In this document: in pieces, positions 48,526-58,666 of the stretch
Layout: each line of letters begins with the position of its first letter
Numbering within the stretch: the stretch's first letter is position 1
Origin: Candidatus Zhuqueibacterota bacterium
Lineage (GTDB): Bacteria; Zhuqueibacterota; Zhuqueibacteria; JANLFK01; Oleimicrobiaceae
DNA length: 64,000 nucleotides
Assembly (NCBI GenBank): GCA_024655945.1
Contig: JANLFK010000004.1
Location: 545 to 64,544 of the forward strand
Direction: 5' to 3'
Made by a program: the position numbers and the translations under genes
Notes under the pieces: generated by a model
The model's database searches: none
The model's input: only the letters and a program-made list of their open reading frames with translations
What the model was told of the DNA's origin: nothing

Positions 48526-48951
48526 ATGGAGCCACAGAAGGAGAAAGCACCGTTGCCCAAAGTGGGGCTCTTCGCCCGCTCCAGCGGCGGCTCCAACACT
48601 GGCTCGCTGACCGGCCTGGCGGCCCTGGAGGTGGTGCGACGCCTGGGCAGCGAGACGGTCGGCATCTGCTCATTGCCGGCGACCCAGAATGACGTGCCCC
48701 GGCAATCCGCCCTGGTGAGCAAGATCGAAAAGATCGTCGTGATAGACGGTTGCCACAACGAGTGTGTCCGTCAGTTGCTGGCCGGGGTCGGCATCCAGCC
48801 CGACGTGTACCTGAACCTGGAAACGGAGCCGAATCTGACCAAGCAAGGGCCTTTCAGCAGTCTGGCGTTCACCGATGATCCAGTGAAGCGGGTGGCCCAA
48901 AGGATCATCGGCTGTGTCCAACACGTGCTTAAGTCGGGCAATTCTTTGTGA
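48526..48951 (+). CDS. DGC-domain putative zinc-binding protein
   Basis: KIVVIDGCHNECVRQLL DGC motif, RBS gagaggtgg + ATG 48526. Confidence 0.6.
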   Translation: MEPQKEKAPLPKVGLFARSSGGSNTGSLTGLAALEVVRRLGSETVGICSLPATQNDVPRQSALVSKIEKIVVIDGCHNECVRQLLAGVGIQPDVYLNLETEPNLTKQGPFSSLAFTDDPVKRVAQRIIGCVQHVLKSGNSL

Positions 48952-48991
48952 GAAGGCAAGCAACGGGCAAAGTAGCCATGGAGGACGCGAT

Positions 48992-49195
48992 ATGCCAACC
49001 TATGAATTCAAATGTCTGGATTGTGGGCACCAGTTTGAGGTTTTTGCCCCGATCAGCCAGAAGGAAAGGGGCCTGGAACTACACTGCCCCAAATGCGGTA
49101 GCGAAAAGATGGGCGAGATCTTCGGTAGCCTTATCTTTGTGCACAAGACCGGCGACGTCGTGCCATCCGGCGGCAGCTGCTGCTCACGGCGATGA
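48992..49195 (+). CDS. FmdB-family zinc-ribbon protein
   Basis: MPTYEFKCLDCGHQFEV...LHCPKCGS CxxC...CxxC; RBS ggagga. Confidence 0.7.
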   Translation: MPTYEFKCLDCGHQFEVFAPISQKERGLELHCPKCGSEKMGEIFGSLIFVHKTGDVVPSGGSCCSRR

Positions 49196-49346
49196 GATGA
49201 CGCCAAGCTGGCCAGTTTGCTGAGGGTGTCCTGGCACAGCGAAAAGCGATGGCCTGGTGGAGGTACCAGGGAGTGGACACGTGCACTGAGCCGAGGAGGT
49301 ATCGAAGGGAGCGGAAAAAACTCTTGGCTTCATCGGTGGCGGACGG

Positions 49347-50098
49347 GTGACCCGGCTAGTGCTGGAGGGTCTGTGCCGGGCCGAGGGCCTGCCAAAACAA
49401 CTCCTGGTCTACGACCCGGAAGCGAACAATCTCGAAAGACTATCGACCATCGTAGGCGACCGCCCGACCGAAGCGGACTTGCATCGGGCCGTCGCCGAGG
49501 TGGCCGATCTGATGTTTCTGGCCGTGCACCCACCGGTGGCGGTTGAGGTGTGCGAGCAGATCAAACCCGCGTTGAAAAGAGACGCGACCATCATCTCGTT
49601 GATCCCCACCATCACGCTCCGCCGCCTATCCGAGATGCTCAACGGCTTCAATCGCATCGTGCGCATGACCCCAACGCGCCGTCGGTGACCGGCAGGGGTT
49701 ACAATCCGGTTGTCTATTCGGATTCTCTCACGGCGGCTGACCGCTCATCGCTCGTGAGCCTGTGCCGGTGCTGGGGCCAATCGCCTGAAGTGCGCGAGGA
49801 GCACCTGGAGGCCTACGCTATCCTCACCGGCATGGGGCCCACCTACTTCTGGTTCCAGTGGCCGGAGCTGGAGCGATTAGGGAGGGAGTTCGGTTTGAGG
49901 CAGTCCGAAGCTCTGCAGGCAGTGGCGGCCATGCTGCATGGCGCGCTGGATGCGCTGTTTCACTCCGGACTGCCGGCCGAACAAGTGCTGGATTTGATTC
50001 CCGTTTACCCGTTGAAAAACGATGAAGAAGCCATCCGGCATATCTTCCGAGATCGGTTAGTCGCTCTGTACCAGAAGCTGAAGGCAGCGACTCGGTGA
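49347..50098 (+). CDS. proC: pyrroline-5-carboxylate reductase; frameshift near 49660; GxGxxG motif (LGFIGGGR) encoded upstream of the only in-frame start (frame open from 49293, no canonical start there)
   Basis: ORFs 49347..49688 and 49550..50098 are the two halves of ProC (RIVRM[M]PNAPSVTGRGYNPVVY); one nt missing at ATGACCCCAACG. Confidence 0.55.
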
Positions 50099-50251
50099 CA
50101 TCCTTTGCGAAAAGAGGGGTCCACAGGAGAGGAGGAAATTGGACAAGGCGACTGGGTTCGGTGTGCACCAGGGTGCAGTTGGCCCCTGTTGACTGCAAGA
50201 CAGTAATGGTTCCTCTTGCGAATCGATTCTCCAATTACCGAGGAGGCCATA

Positions 50252-51168
50252 ATGAGACTTGCGCAAACGTCTTTCTGGAGGAATTATCTTCCCACCATCG
50301 TCTTGCTGTTTGTTCTCCTGGCCTTGTTCATTGGGCTCTTGCCCAGCGACAAGCTGCGCAGTGAGAACTTGCCAACGCTGAATGTTGGTCATGGCAGCTT
50401 CTTGGTCGTCATTGGCCTGTTGGCTGGTTTGCTTGGCGGTTTGATTGGTACCGGCGGCTGCAGCGTGATGTTTTGCCAGCCATTCATTTCTGGTTGGGTT
50501 ATCTAGCCACCACTGCAGTTGGCACCACGCTCTTTGCCGTGGTTCTTACCGCCATCTCTGGCGGCTACGGCCATCTCATCCGCAAGAACCTGGATGTGCG
50601 AGCCACGCTGTGGGTTGGCATTTCCGGTATCGTCGGTGTCATCATTGGTTCCTACCTCTTCAAACTGCTCACGGCACGCACGGCGCTGCTGGGATTGATC
50701 TTGGGATTGGCGTTTCTTTGGCCTGCCATCCGCATGATCTGGGAAGGGCTGTTGCAGACCAAGAAGCCTCAGGCCATGGGTGAGTCGATTCCTGGGCCCA
50801 CATGGGGTTGGGTGATCATGGGACTGCTCATTGGCATCTTGACGGGCGTGGTCGGCTTGGGCGGAGGTTATGCGTTGGTGCCTGGTTTCATCTACTTGTT
50901 TGGTGCGCCGGTCTACGTCACCATGGGCACGTCGCTGGCAACCATGATCCCGCTTGCTGTGGTGGGTGGCGGAATCAAACTGCTACAGGGATTCGTGGCG
51001 CTGGGGGCGGGTTTGCTCTTGGCTATTGGGACCGTCATCGGCGCCCAAATAGGTGCTGCCATCATCAAGAAATTCAAGCCGACCAGATTGAAATTCATCT
51101 TCGGCCTGTATTTCCTCTATGTATCCGTGAAATTTGTCACGGCGTTTTTGGGGGTAACAATCTGGTAG
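50252..51168 (+). CDS. TauE/SafE-family anion (sulfite) exporter; frameshift at a TTTT run near 50470
   Basis: ORFs 50216..50506 and 50473..51168 join as ...LIGTGGCSVM / LPAIHFWLGY...; two TauE-type repeats with GxGGG motifs (VVGLGGGYALVP); RBS gaggagg + ATG 50252. Confidence 0.6.
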
Positions 51169-51534
51169 CCCGTGAAATGATCTTGCCATCTCCTTAGGCG
51201 AGCGGCTGAAGGAGCGAGCGCTGGTACCGCCGCGAGCCCTTGGATGACAGAAGTCATCGCGCCGTGTGCCCCACCGGGATGGCAGGGTGGGGGTGGGTTG
51301 CCGTGTGTGTGTGGGCGCGATAGCAACCGTCACCACCTGGAGCTCCAAGGCTATTTGGGCATATTTGGCGGGGCCTGCGCGGCGCTCTAACCTTTGGCGA
51401 GCATGGGCGTCAGCCGCAGGAAAGGGCAGAGCATCACGTTCCCCTGCTTCGGGCAGCGGCTCGGGCCAGCCGGTCCGGTGCGTCGTGACGAGACTTCTTC
51501 CCAAGAGGCCAAACAACAGAATGAGGAGAAGAAC

Positions 51535-52320
51535 ATGGAACAGCGAATCTCTATCAGGATGTCAGCACTGCTGTTGGTTGTCACTTCTGCTCTGATGGTC
51601 TGCGAGGCTGCTCCCCTTTTGGCACACACCAGCCAGCCCGCCAAGGCCTCGGCGGAACTGCAACAATTCGATACCGTGGTCCTGGAAACCCGTCAGCAAA
51701 TGCGACAGTACTGCGCGCTCGTCTAGGAATTGATTAAACAGGCGGATGCCCAAAAGCAAGCGGCTGGACTGCAGCACATCCGCCAATCCATGGTTCTGTG
51801 GGAAAAAGTCCGGCAGAATTTTCAGAACAACCCGCCGGAAGAATACCGCCAGGATGAAAAATTCAGTTCGCGCCTCCTTGACATCTATCAGGGCATGCAG
51901 AACATGGAAAGACAACTTGCAGATGGCGACTTCAACGAAGCCCTGCAAACTTGCAGTAAGACCTGCGGTTTGTTTGTCAGGATGCATGAAGAGAATGGAT
52001 TGATCTGCGCCGCAGACCGATTGTTCCACCTGCGGAAACAGGCGAAGAAGATGGTCGATGAGGCGCAACAATCCGATATTGAGCCGCTCAAGGAGATGAT
52101 CGGCGAGCTGCTGAAGCTGCGGGACAACGTTTTATGCGCTCCTTGCCCTGCGCCGGAAGACTCTCTGCGCTGCCAAAACTATCGAGAGGCTCTCAAGACT
52201 CTCTCCGCCCAGATCGACGAACTGACGATCCAATTGGTGAACGGAAAGCACATAGAAGCCCAGGCGGCACTCAAGAGTCTGCTTGCGGCTATCAATCTTG
52301 CCTACGGGATTGCCTTGTAG
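51535..52320 (+). CDS. hypothetical secreted alpha-helical protein at the head of the RND efflux operon, interrupted by an in-frame TAG at 51724-51726
   Basis: RBS gaggagaag + ATG 51535, signal peptide MSALLLVVTSALMVCEA; ORFs 51394..51726 and 51730..52320 are in the same frame separated only by TAG. Confidence 0.45.
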
Positions 52321-52356
52321 GTCACGAGCAAAGCCTCAGACTTTGGGAGAATCAGA

Positions 52357-53715
52357 ATGGCACTCTCGCGTACGCAAATCCTGCAAGAGAAAGGTCGCCT
52401 CGGCTCACTGTATGGGCATTTCATGAAGCAAGTTAAGCTTGCTCTGTTCATCTGCGCCTTCTTTCCTGGGCTGCTGCGCGCCCAGGGGGTGGCGCAAGAT
52501 ACCGTCGCCCTCTCCCTGTCGGCCGCGCTGAAGGAAGCATTGTCCAACAATGAACTGCTGAAAAAATCCGCGGCGCGCACCAAAGCGGGTCAAGCATCGC
52601 TGCAGCAGGCCGAGGGCGAGTTGCTGCCGAAAGTGGATGCCAACTTCAGTTATGGCTATCTGGATATTGTGCCGGGCTTTAAAAGAGTCGTGCTCGGCAA
52701 CATCGAACACGACCTGTTTCCGAATATCGCCGTCAGCCAACCGCTGTACACCGGCGGCAGATTGAAACATGCCAAACAGGCTGCTGCGGCCGAGGTGCAG
52801 TCGCTGGAGCAGGCGTTTCTCTCGGATCAATTGAATTTGAAATTGGCGGTTACCCTCGATTATTACCAGCTGCAGTCGCTAAGAAACCAGCGGCAGATTT
52901 TGCTGGAAAACCGAAGGCAGTTGGAGGTGCAACAGCGCTACGCCCGCCTGCTGGTGGAGGCCGGGCCCATGTCCCAACTGGAGCTGGACCGTATTGGGGT
53001 TGCGGTTGCCACCACCGACGGCAATTTGCTCAAAATTCAGGACGATTATCAGGCGGTGTCGTATGAACTCTGCCTGCTGTTGGGAAGAGAGCGCTCCCAG
53101 CTTCCTCTGCCGCAGGATTCTCTGCAGGTGATTCCGTTTGAACAGAGCTTCGAAGCATTGGTGCCGACGGCGCTGGAACGGAATCCGATCTGGAAACAAT
53201 TAGAGTACGATCTGCGCAAGGCTGAGGCAAAGGTCAAGGTCCAGCAAGCGGCTCGTCTGCCACAGATTTCAGCGCAAGCATATTGCGGGTATGAATTTGG
53301 CTTGGAGTCCTTTTGGTTCGATCGGAATAAACGCAATTTTTGGGGATTGAACGCGAAGATGCCGCTCTACGAAGGCAACGTGATTGGGGCGAAGATCGAC
53401 GAGGCCAGAGCCAATCTGGAGCAGATCCAATGGCAGAGGGAATACTTCAGGAAGAATCTGGCCACGCAGGTGCAGAACAGCTATGCCCGGCTGAAAGAAA
53501 AAGAGCAGCAGCTCGCCATCCAGCAGCAGGCTGTGGAACTGGCGCGGCAGAGTTATCGGCTGGCTATGATCGAATACCATGCGGGAAGGCGCTCCAATAC
53601 CGGTCTGCTGGATATTCAGAAGAGTCTGCTGAATGCTCAGCTGACCCTGAATCAGGCAGCACTGGACTACGCCATTGCTCGCGTCCGCCTACTGGCGGTG
53701 ATGGGGATTTTGTGA
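52357..53715 (+). CDS. TolC-family outer membrane efflux protein
   Basis: Signal peptide, two TolC-type repeat halves with conserved LSLSAALKEAL...NNELL start and alpha-helical/beta-barrel pattern, 452 aa. Confidence 0.75.
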   Translation: MALSRTQILQEKGRLGSLYGHFMKQVKLALFICAFFPGLLRAQGVAQDTVALSLSAALKEALSNNELLKKSAARTKAGQASLQQAEGELLPKVDANFSYGYLDIVPGFKRVVLGNIEHDLFPNIAVSQPLYTGGRLKHAKQAAAAEVQSLEQAFLSDQLNLKLAVTLDYYQLQSLRNQRQILLENRRQLEVQQRYARLLVEAGPMSQLELDRIGVAVATTDGNLLKIQDDYQAVSYELCLLLGRERSQLPLPQDSLQVIPFEQSFEALVPTALERNPIWKQLEYDLRKAEAKVKVQQAARLPQISAQAYCGYEFGLESFWFDRNKRNFWGLNAKMPLYEGNVIGAKIDEARANLEQIQWQREYFRKNLATQVQNSYARLKEKEQQLAIQQQAVELARQSYRLAMIEYHAGRRSNTGLLDIQKSLLNAQLTLNQAALDYAIARVRLLAVMGIL

Positions 53716-54011
53716 GCGTGTCGACGGCGAAACCAGGTGAAATGGAAATGCCTCGGCCGGGCGACTCTCGTGGCGGTGTCGAACAGCGCCCGGTGGAGAT
53801 GGGTTTCTCGGGGCGTGATGGGCAGCGAGTGGAAGCGCCCTTGCACAATAGGAATTGGAAAACGGAGTGTTCCATGCCAATGGCAACCCCGGTTCTACGG
53901 TCAAGATGTCAAGACAGAAGGGGACTTGCCGAATACCGGGGCATGTTGTTCGCAGCCGCCTGCAACGGGGAAAAGGCTGCTATCTTCTCCACTTAATCTG
54001 GAGGTCCAGTC

Positions 54012-54305
54012 ATGATGGTTTTTGACTTGAATACCTTGAAAGCCTATCCCTACAAAGAGCGGGATAAGAACGTATTCTTTCGCGCGCCGGAATTCAAGGC
54101 CCGGATCATCGAATTACCTGCAGGTGGCGAAATGCAATCGTATGTCGTATTCTTGGTCATTCGAGGGTCGGCAGAGGCGATGGTCAATCAAGAAGAAACG
54201 CAGCTCGAGGCGGGTCAGTGCCTGAGCACCGGACCGGCTACACTCTCGCTCAAGTCGGACGGAGGCGTGCGCATTCTGGGGCTCCAAGTGAGCAAGCGGA
54301 TCTGA
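54012..54305 (+). CDS. cupin-domain protein
   Basis: 97 aa, cupin beta-barrel pattern (ELPAGGEMQSYV...), RBS ggaggtc. Confidence 0.45.
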   Translation: MMVFDLNTLKAYPYKERDKNVFFRAPEFKARIIELPAGGEMQSYVVFLVIRGSAEAMVNQEETQLEAGQCLSTGPATLSLKSDGGVRILGLQVSKRI

Positions 54306-54345
54306 CATGTAGTAGACCTTTGACGTCACATGAGGGAGAGCAGAG

Positions 54346-55365
54346 ATGAACAAGACAGCAACTTTCTTCTTCGCATTGCTTCTGTTGGCGTGGGGTCTGT
54401 CTGGGTGCGGGTCAAAGCAGGACAACACCGGAGAGGCCAAGAAGACAGAAGCAAAGTTGATAAAGGTGCAGCCTGTGGGCAGGCATAGATTGGTGGAAAG
54501 GCTCCAGCTGCCGGCAACCCTGCGCGCCGAGAATGTCGCCAACATCCTGTCTACCTCTGAGGGCAAAATCTCCCAGCTGCTGGTGCGTGAGGGAGATCGA
54601 GTAGAGGCCGACGCTGTTGTCGCCACGATCAGCCCGCTGGTGCGCGAAGACATAATCAATTCCGCGCGCCTCTGGGTCGAGGCCAAAAAGGGGACACTGA
54701 GCAATGACCCACACAACCCGGTTCTGCAGAGAGAATACGAACAGGCCCGGCAAGACTATCAATTCGCCTTGCAGCAGTACAAAGAGATCCACATTACCTC
54801 TCCCATCGCAGGCGTGGTGTCGCGGCGATGGGTTGACGTAGGCGACATGGTGCAGGCTAAGGTGAAGCTGTTCGAGATTCAGAGTAGTGGAAAACTGCTG
54901 GCGGAAGTGCCAGTTTCAGAACTGGACATTGGTAAACTGCGCCTTGGTCAGACGGGTGACATTTTCGCGGACGCCTGCCCATCAAAGCAATTCACAGGCG
55001 TCGTACAACGCATCTACCGGCAGGCCGAGGCAAAGACCAGGAACGGAATAGTAGAGATGCGGGTTATCGACCCCTGCCCGAATCTCAAGCCTGGCATGTT
55101 TGTCAGGGTCACTTTCGTGACGCGCACCCTGGAGAACGCTGTGGCGATTCCGAGCCAGGCGGTAATTGAACGTCCGCAGAAACAAACCTGCTTTGTGGTG
55201 GAGGAAAGCAAGGCGAAGGAAGTGGTGCTGCGAACCGGCCTCGAGGTGGAAGGCTGGGTAGAGGTCCTCGAAGGACCTGCGCCGGGGGATATGCTTGTGG
55301 TCGAGGGCCAGGAGCAGTTGAAAAGCGGTAGTGCGGTGAAGGTCCAGGCCCCGCTGGTAAGGTGA
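54346..55365 (+). CDS. RND efflux periplasmic adaptor (membrane fusion protein, HlyD family)
   Basis: Lipoprotein signal LLLAWGLSGCGS, coiled-coil hairpin, lipoyl and beta-barrel domains (ITSPIAGVVSRRWVDVGDMV). Confidence 0.75.
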   Translation: MNKTATFFFALLLLAWGLSGCGSKQDNTGEAKKTEAKLIKVQPVGRHRLVERLQLPATLRAENVANILSTSEGKISQLLVREGDRVEADAVVATISPLVREDIINSARLWVEAKKGTLSNDPHNPVLQREYEQARQDYQFALQQYKEIHITSPIAGVVSRRWVDVGDMVQAKVKLFEIQSSGKLLAEVPVSELDIGKLRLGQTGDIFADACPSKQFTGVVQRIYRQAEAKTRNGIVEMRVIDPCPNLKPGMFVRVTFVTRTLENAVAIPSQAVIERPQKQTCFVVEESKAKEVVLRTGLEVEGWVEVLEGPAPGDMLVVEGQEQLKSGSAVKVQAPLVR

Positions 55366-55387
55366 GCGGCCAGGCAGGAGAGAGACG

Positions 55388-58193
55388 ATGAAGCTTACTA
55401 CGATTTCCATTCGCCGGCCCGTGGCCACGCTGGTGCTGATGGCAACCGCCGTGGTCCTCGGCATCTATGGTTATTTTCAATTGCCGACCGACTTTCTGCC
55501 GGATATCACCTACCCTATGATCAAAGTGTACGTCTACTGGCGCGGGGCTACACCGGAGGAAATCAACGACAACATCGCGGAGCCGATTGAAAGAACCTTA
55601 GCCACGGTGGACAATCTCGATTATCTCGAAGGCTCGTGCATCGAAGGCATGTACCAACTGCTCGTGAATTTTGAGTTCGGCACCGATGTGGATGTGGCGT
55701 ATCAGGACGTGGTGGCCAAAATGGGTCTGGCGACCCGCAAGCTGCCGCCGGATGTGGATCCGCCCATCATGTTCAAAGCCGATCCCTCGCAACTGCCGGT
55801 GGTGCAACTCATCGTCATGTCCGACGGTCGGGATCTGGTCAAGCTGCGCACCTGGGTGGAAAATGTGCTGCAGGATCAATTTTTAGCAGTGAAAGGCGTG
55901 GCTGGAACCGAGATCGTGGGTGGTCTAAGACGGGAAATTCGCGTTCATCTCGACGCAGAACGGTTGGCAGCATACGATTTAACATTAAACCAAGTCATCA
56001 AACGCTTCCAGGAGGAAAACATCGAGCGGCTCGCGGGTCGGGTGACCGAAGGCGGAAGGGAATTTATTCTGCGTACCAATGCTGAGTTCCGCAACCTGGA
56101 CGATATCCGCAACGTGGTCGTGCTTAACGACGGAAAATCCATGGTGCGGCTGAAGGATCTGGCAACGGTCGAAGACAGCCATGAAGAGCAGCGGGTGATT
56201 ACCCGGTTCAACGGCAAACCGGCGATTAAGGTGAATATTTTGAAACAGGCCGATGCCAATACCGTTGAGATCGCCCATCGGGTGAATGAACTGATTCGGA
56301 AGGTGGAAGATACGGTGCCGCCGGATATCAAATTCGGCACGATTGAGAATCAGGCGGATTACATCAAAGGCGCCATCGCCGGGGTGAGGGATTCAGCCAT
56401 CGTCGCCGTATTGTTGGTCATTCTGGTGATCTTTTTATTTCTCGGCCATTGGCGTCAGGTCGTGGTGATGCTGATCGCCCTGCCGATTACCATTTTGCTT
56501 AATTTTTTCCTAATGAAAATCCTCGGTTTTTCCATCAACATTTTTTCGCTGGGCGGAATGGTCGTGGCCATGGGCGTGGTGCTGGATAGTTCCATCGTGG
56601 TGATCGAAAACATCACCCGGTTGCATCTGGAAAAAGGGAGCCGAAGCGATACGGTAGCGGACACTGCCACCAGCGAAGTGGCGCTGGCCGTGGTGGCATC
56701 CACGTTGACCTTCCTTGCGCTGTTCATGCCGTTTCTGCTGATTCCGGGGCTGACCTCCCTGCTATTCAGAGAGTTGATCCTGACCATTGCCGGAATCGTG
56801 GTCGTGTCCCTGCTGGTGGCGCTCACGGTGACACCCATGCTCACCCACTATCTGGTCACCAGCAAAGGCCACCGACGGGAACGGCGCAGCATTGCCGACC
56901 GCTTCATCCAGCTCATTGACCGCATTTACCGACGCGTGCTGAACGGGTTGCTGCCGTTGCGCTGGGTGGTCTTGGCGGTTTTTGTCTTATTCATGGTAGC
57001 CGCGGTTTATCTGTTTAGACATGTCGGCAGCGAATTCTTGCCCAAAGTGGACGACGGTCGCGTGATGATCAAAGTCATCCTGCCCACCGGCACATCGGTG
57101 GCGCGCACCGATAGTCTCTTGGCCCGTCTCGAGAGCGTGGTCAAGGACGATCCTTATGTAGATCGCTATTTTACCCTGTCCGGCGGCAAGGTATGGGGAC
57201 TGGTCACCTACGAGGTCGCCAATGAGGGCGAGATCGATATTGAATTAAAAAAGTCAGCGGCCGTTTTCGACTGAACAGTACCTGGAACGCATTCGGCCGC
57301 AGGTAATGAAATTCATGCAGCCCGGCGCCCGGCTGGTGGTGGCGCAGCAAAAGATGAAAGGCATCGGCAAGGTGGGCGAATCTTACGACATCCGGGTGAT
57401 GATGCCGGAGACCAACATTCGCTCCCGGCAGGATATTGAGAATCTCTATCTCGATGCCCCGGGAAATTTGAAACTTCCGCTGCGCACCGTGGCTCAGGTG
57501 GTCCCACGGTTGGGGCCAGTGGAAATCGTACGGGAAGATCAGATGAAGCAGATCGTCGTCTCCAGCGATGTGACCGCCGGCGCCAGCGTTGGCGACATGG
57601 CCAATGCTGTTAGTGCCGCATTGTCTGAAATTCGTTTGCCAGAGGGGTATTCCTTCGATCTTGGCGGCCAGGTCTATATGATGAAAGAGAGCCAAAAGAC
57701 GATGCTGCAGATCATCCTGTTTGCCTTGTTCTTCGCCTACGTGATTCTGGCAATTCAGTTCAACTCGTTCAAACAGCCATTGCAGATCTTGCTGGGCGTG
57801 CCGTTCTCATTTGTGGGAGTCGTTGCGGCACTGTTGCTGACCGGTTTTCCTGCCGGCGCCACGGTGCTTATCGGCGTAATCATCATGACCGGCGGCATTG
57901 CCACCCAGGGCGTGGTGTTGATCTCATTTATCAATGAGTATCGTCAAAAAGGGCTGGGATTGAAAGAAGCCATTCTCGAAGCCGCGCCCTTGCGCGTGCG
58001 CCCGATTCTGATGACCCAGGCGACCACGGTGCTGGGACTGTTGCCGCTGGCGATCAACTATGGCGAAGGCGGCGACATGCTGCAACCGATGGCCATTGCG
58101 GTGATCGGCAGATTGCTGTTCTCACTGTTGGTTACGCTGCTGCTATTGCCATGTCTGTATTTTGTCTTTGAAAGGGGAGGCTCAAGGGAGTAG
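55388..58193 (+). CDS. RND efflux transporter (AcrB/HAE1 family); frameshift near 57240-57300
   Basis: ORFs 55388..57274 and 57306..58193 are N- and C-parts of one ~930 aa RND pump (12 TM, two large periplasmic loops); frames differ by one nt around a poly-A/poly-T stretch. Confidence 0.7.
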
Positions 58194-58379
58194 TTCCTCG
58201 CAAGGCTACAGGGGGGCGGAATGCATGGCGTCGCAAAGGGCAGGGCGCGGGTGGATGCGATGCCAGCTGCAACAGAGGGGTAGGCCCCGTGGCGTTCGTT
58301 TGCACGCTCGGTGAGCAAACAACCCGAGCGCAGCGACATTTACCTGTTGCAGATGTGCGGGAATTTTGTATATTTGCAC

Positions 58380-58620
58380 AACCAGGTTGACAGGGCCTCC
58401 TGGCGGAGGTCACTCCCTGGCATCGCCGCTGCCGTCGGCACCGAGGTCTGCGCCGGTGCCCCCGCCGTGGCGAGGCGATGTCGCCCAGGAGGCGCACAGT
58501 TGTGACCTTCGTGGTCCCCTTTCCAACTGAGCCCTCAGACTGTCGCAGTGCGGCAACGATGCGCCGCCGAAACAGGGGGAATGGGCGCACGGCCAAGGAT
58601 CTTGCCCGACAGTGGCCGTT
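58380..58620 (+). ncRNA. candidate M-box (ykoK) Mg2+-sensing riboswitch in the mgtE leader
   Basis: GGTTGACAGGGCCTCCTGGCGGAGGTCAC...CGCCGCTGCC resembles the M-box 5-prime core (GGUUAGGUGAGGCUCCU..GGAGAUAC GCUGCUGCCC) with a compensatory P2 helix GGCCUCC/GGAGGUC; downstream GGCCAAGG matches the conserved CCAAGG; located directly upstream of mgtE. Confidence 0.4.
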
Positions 58621-58666
58621 GTTCATGCTGGTGTCGATGCTCCCAGGATGCCAAGCGAGGTGGCCC

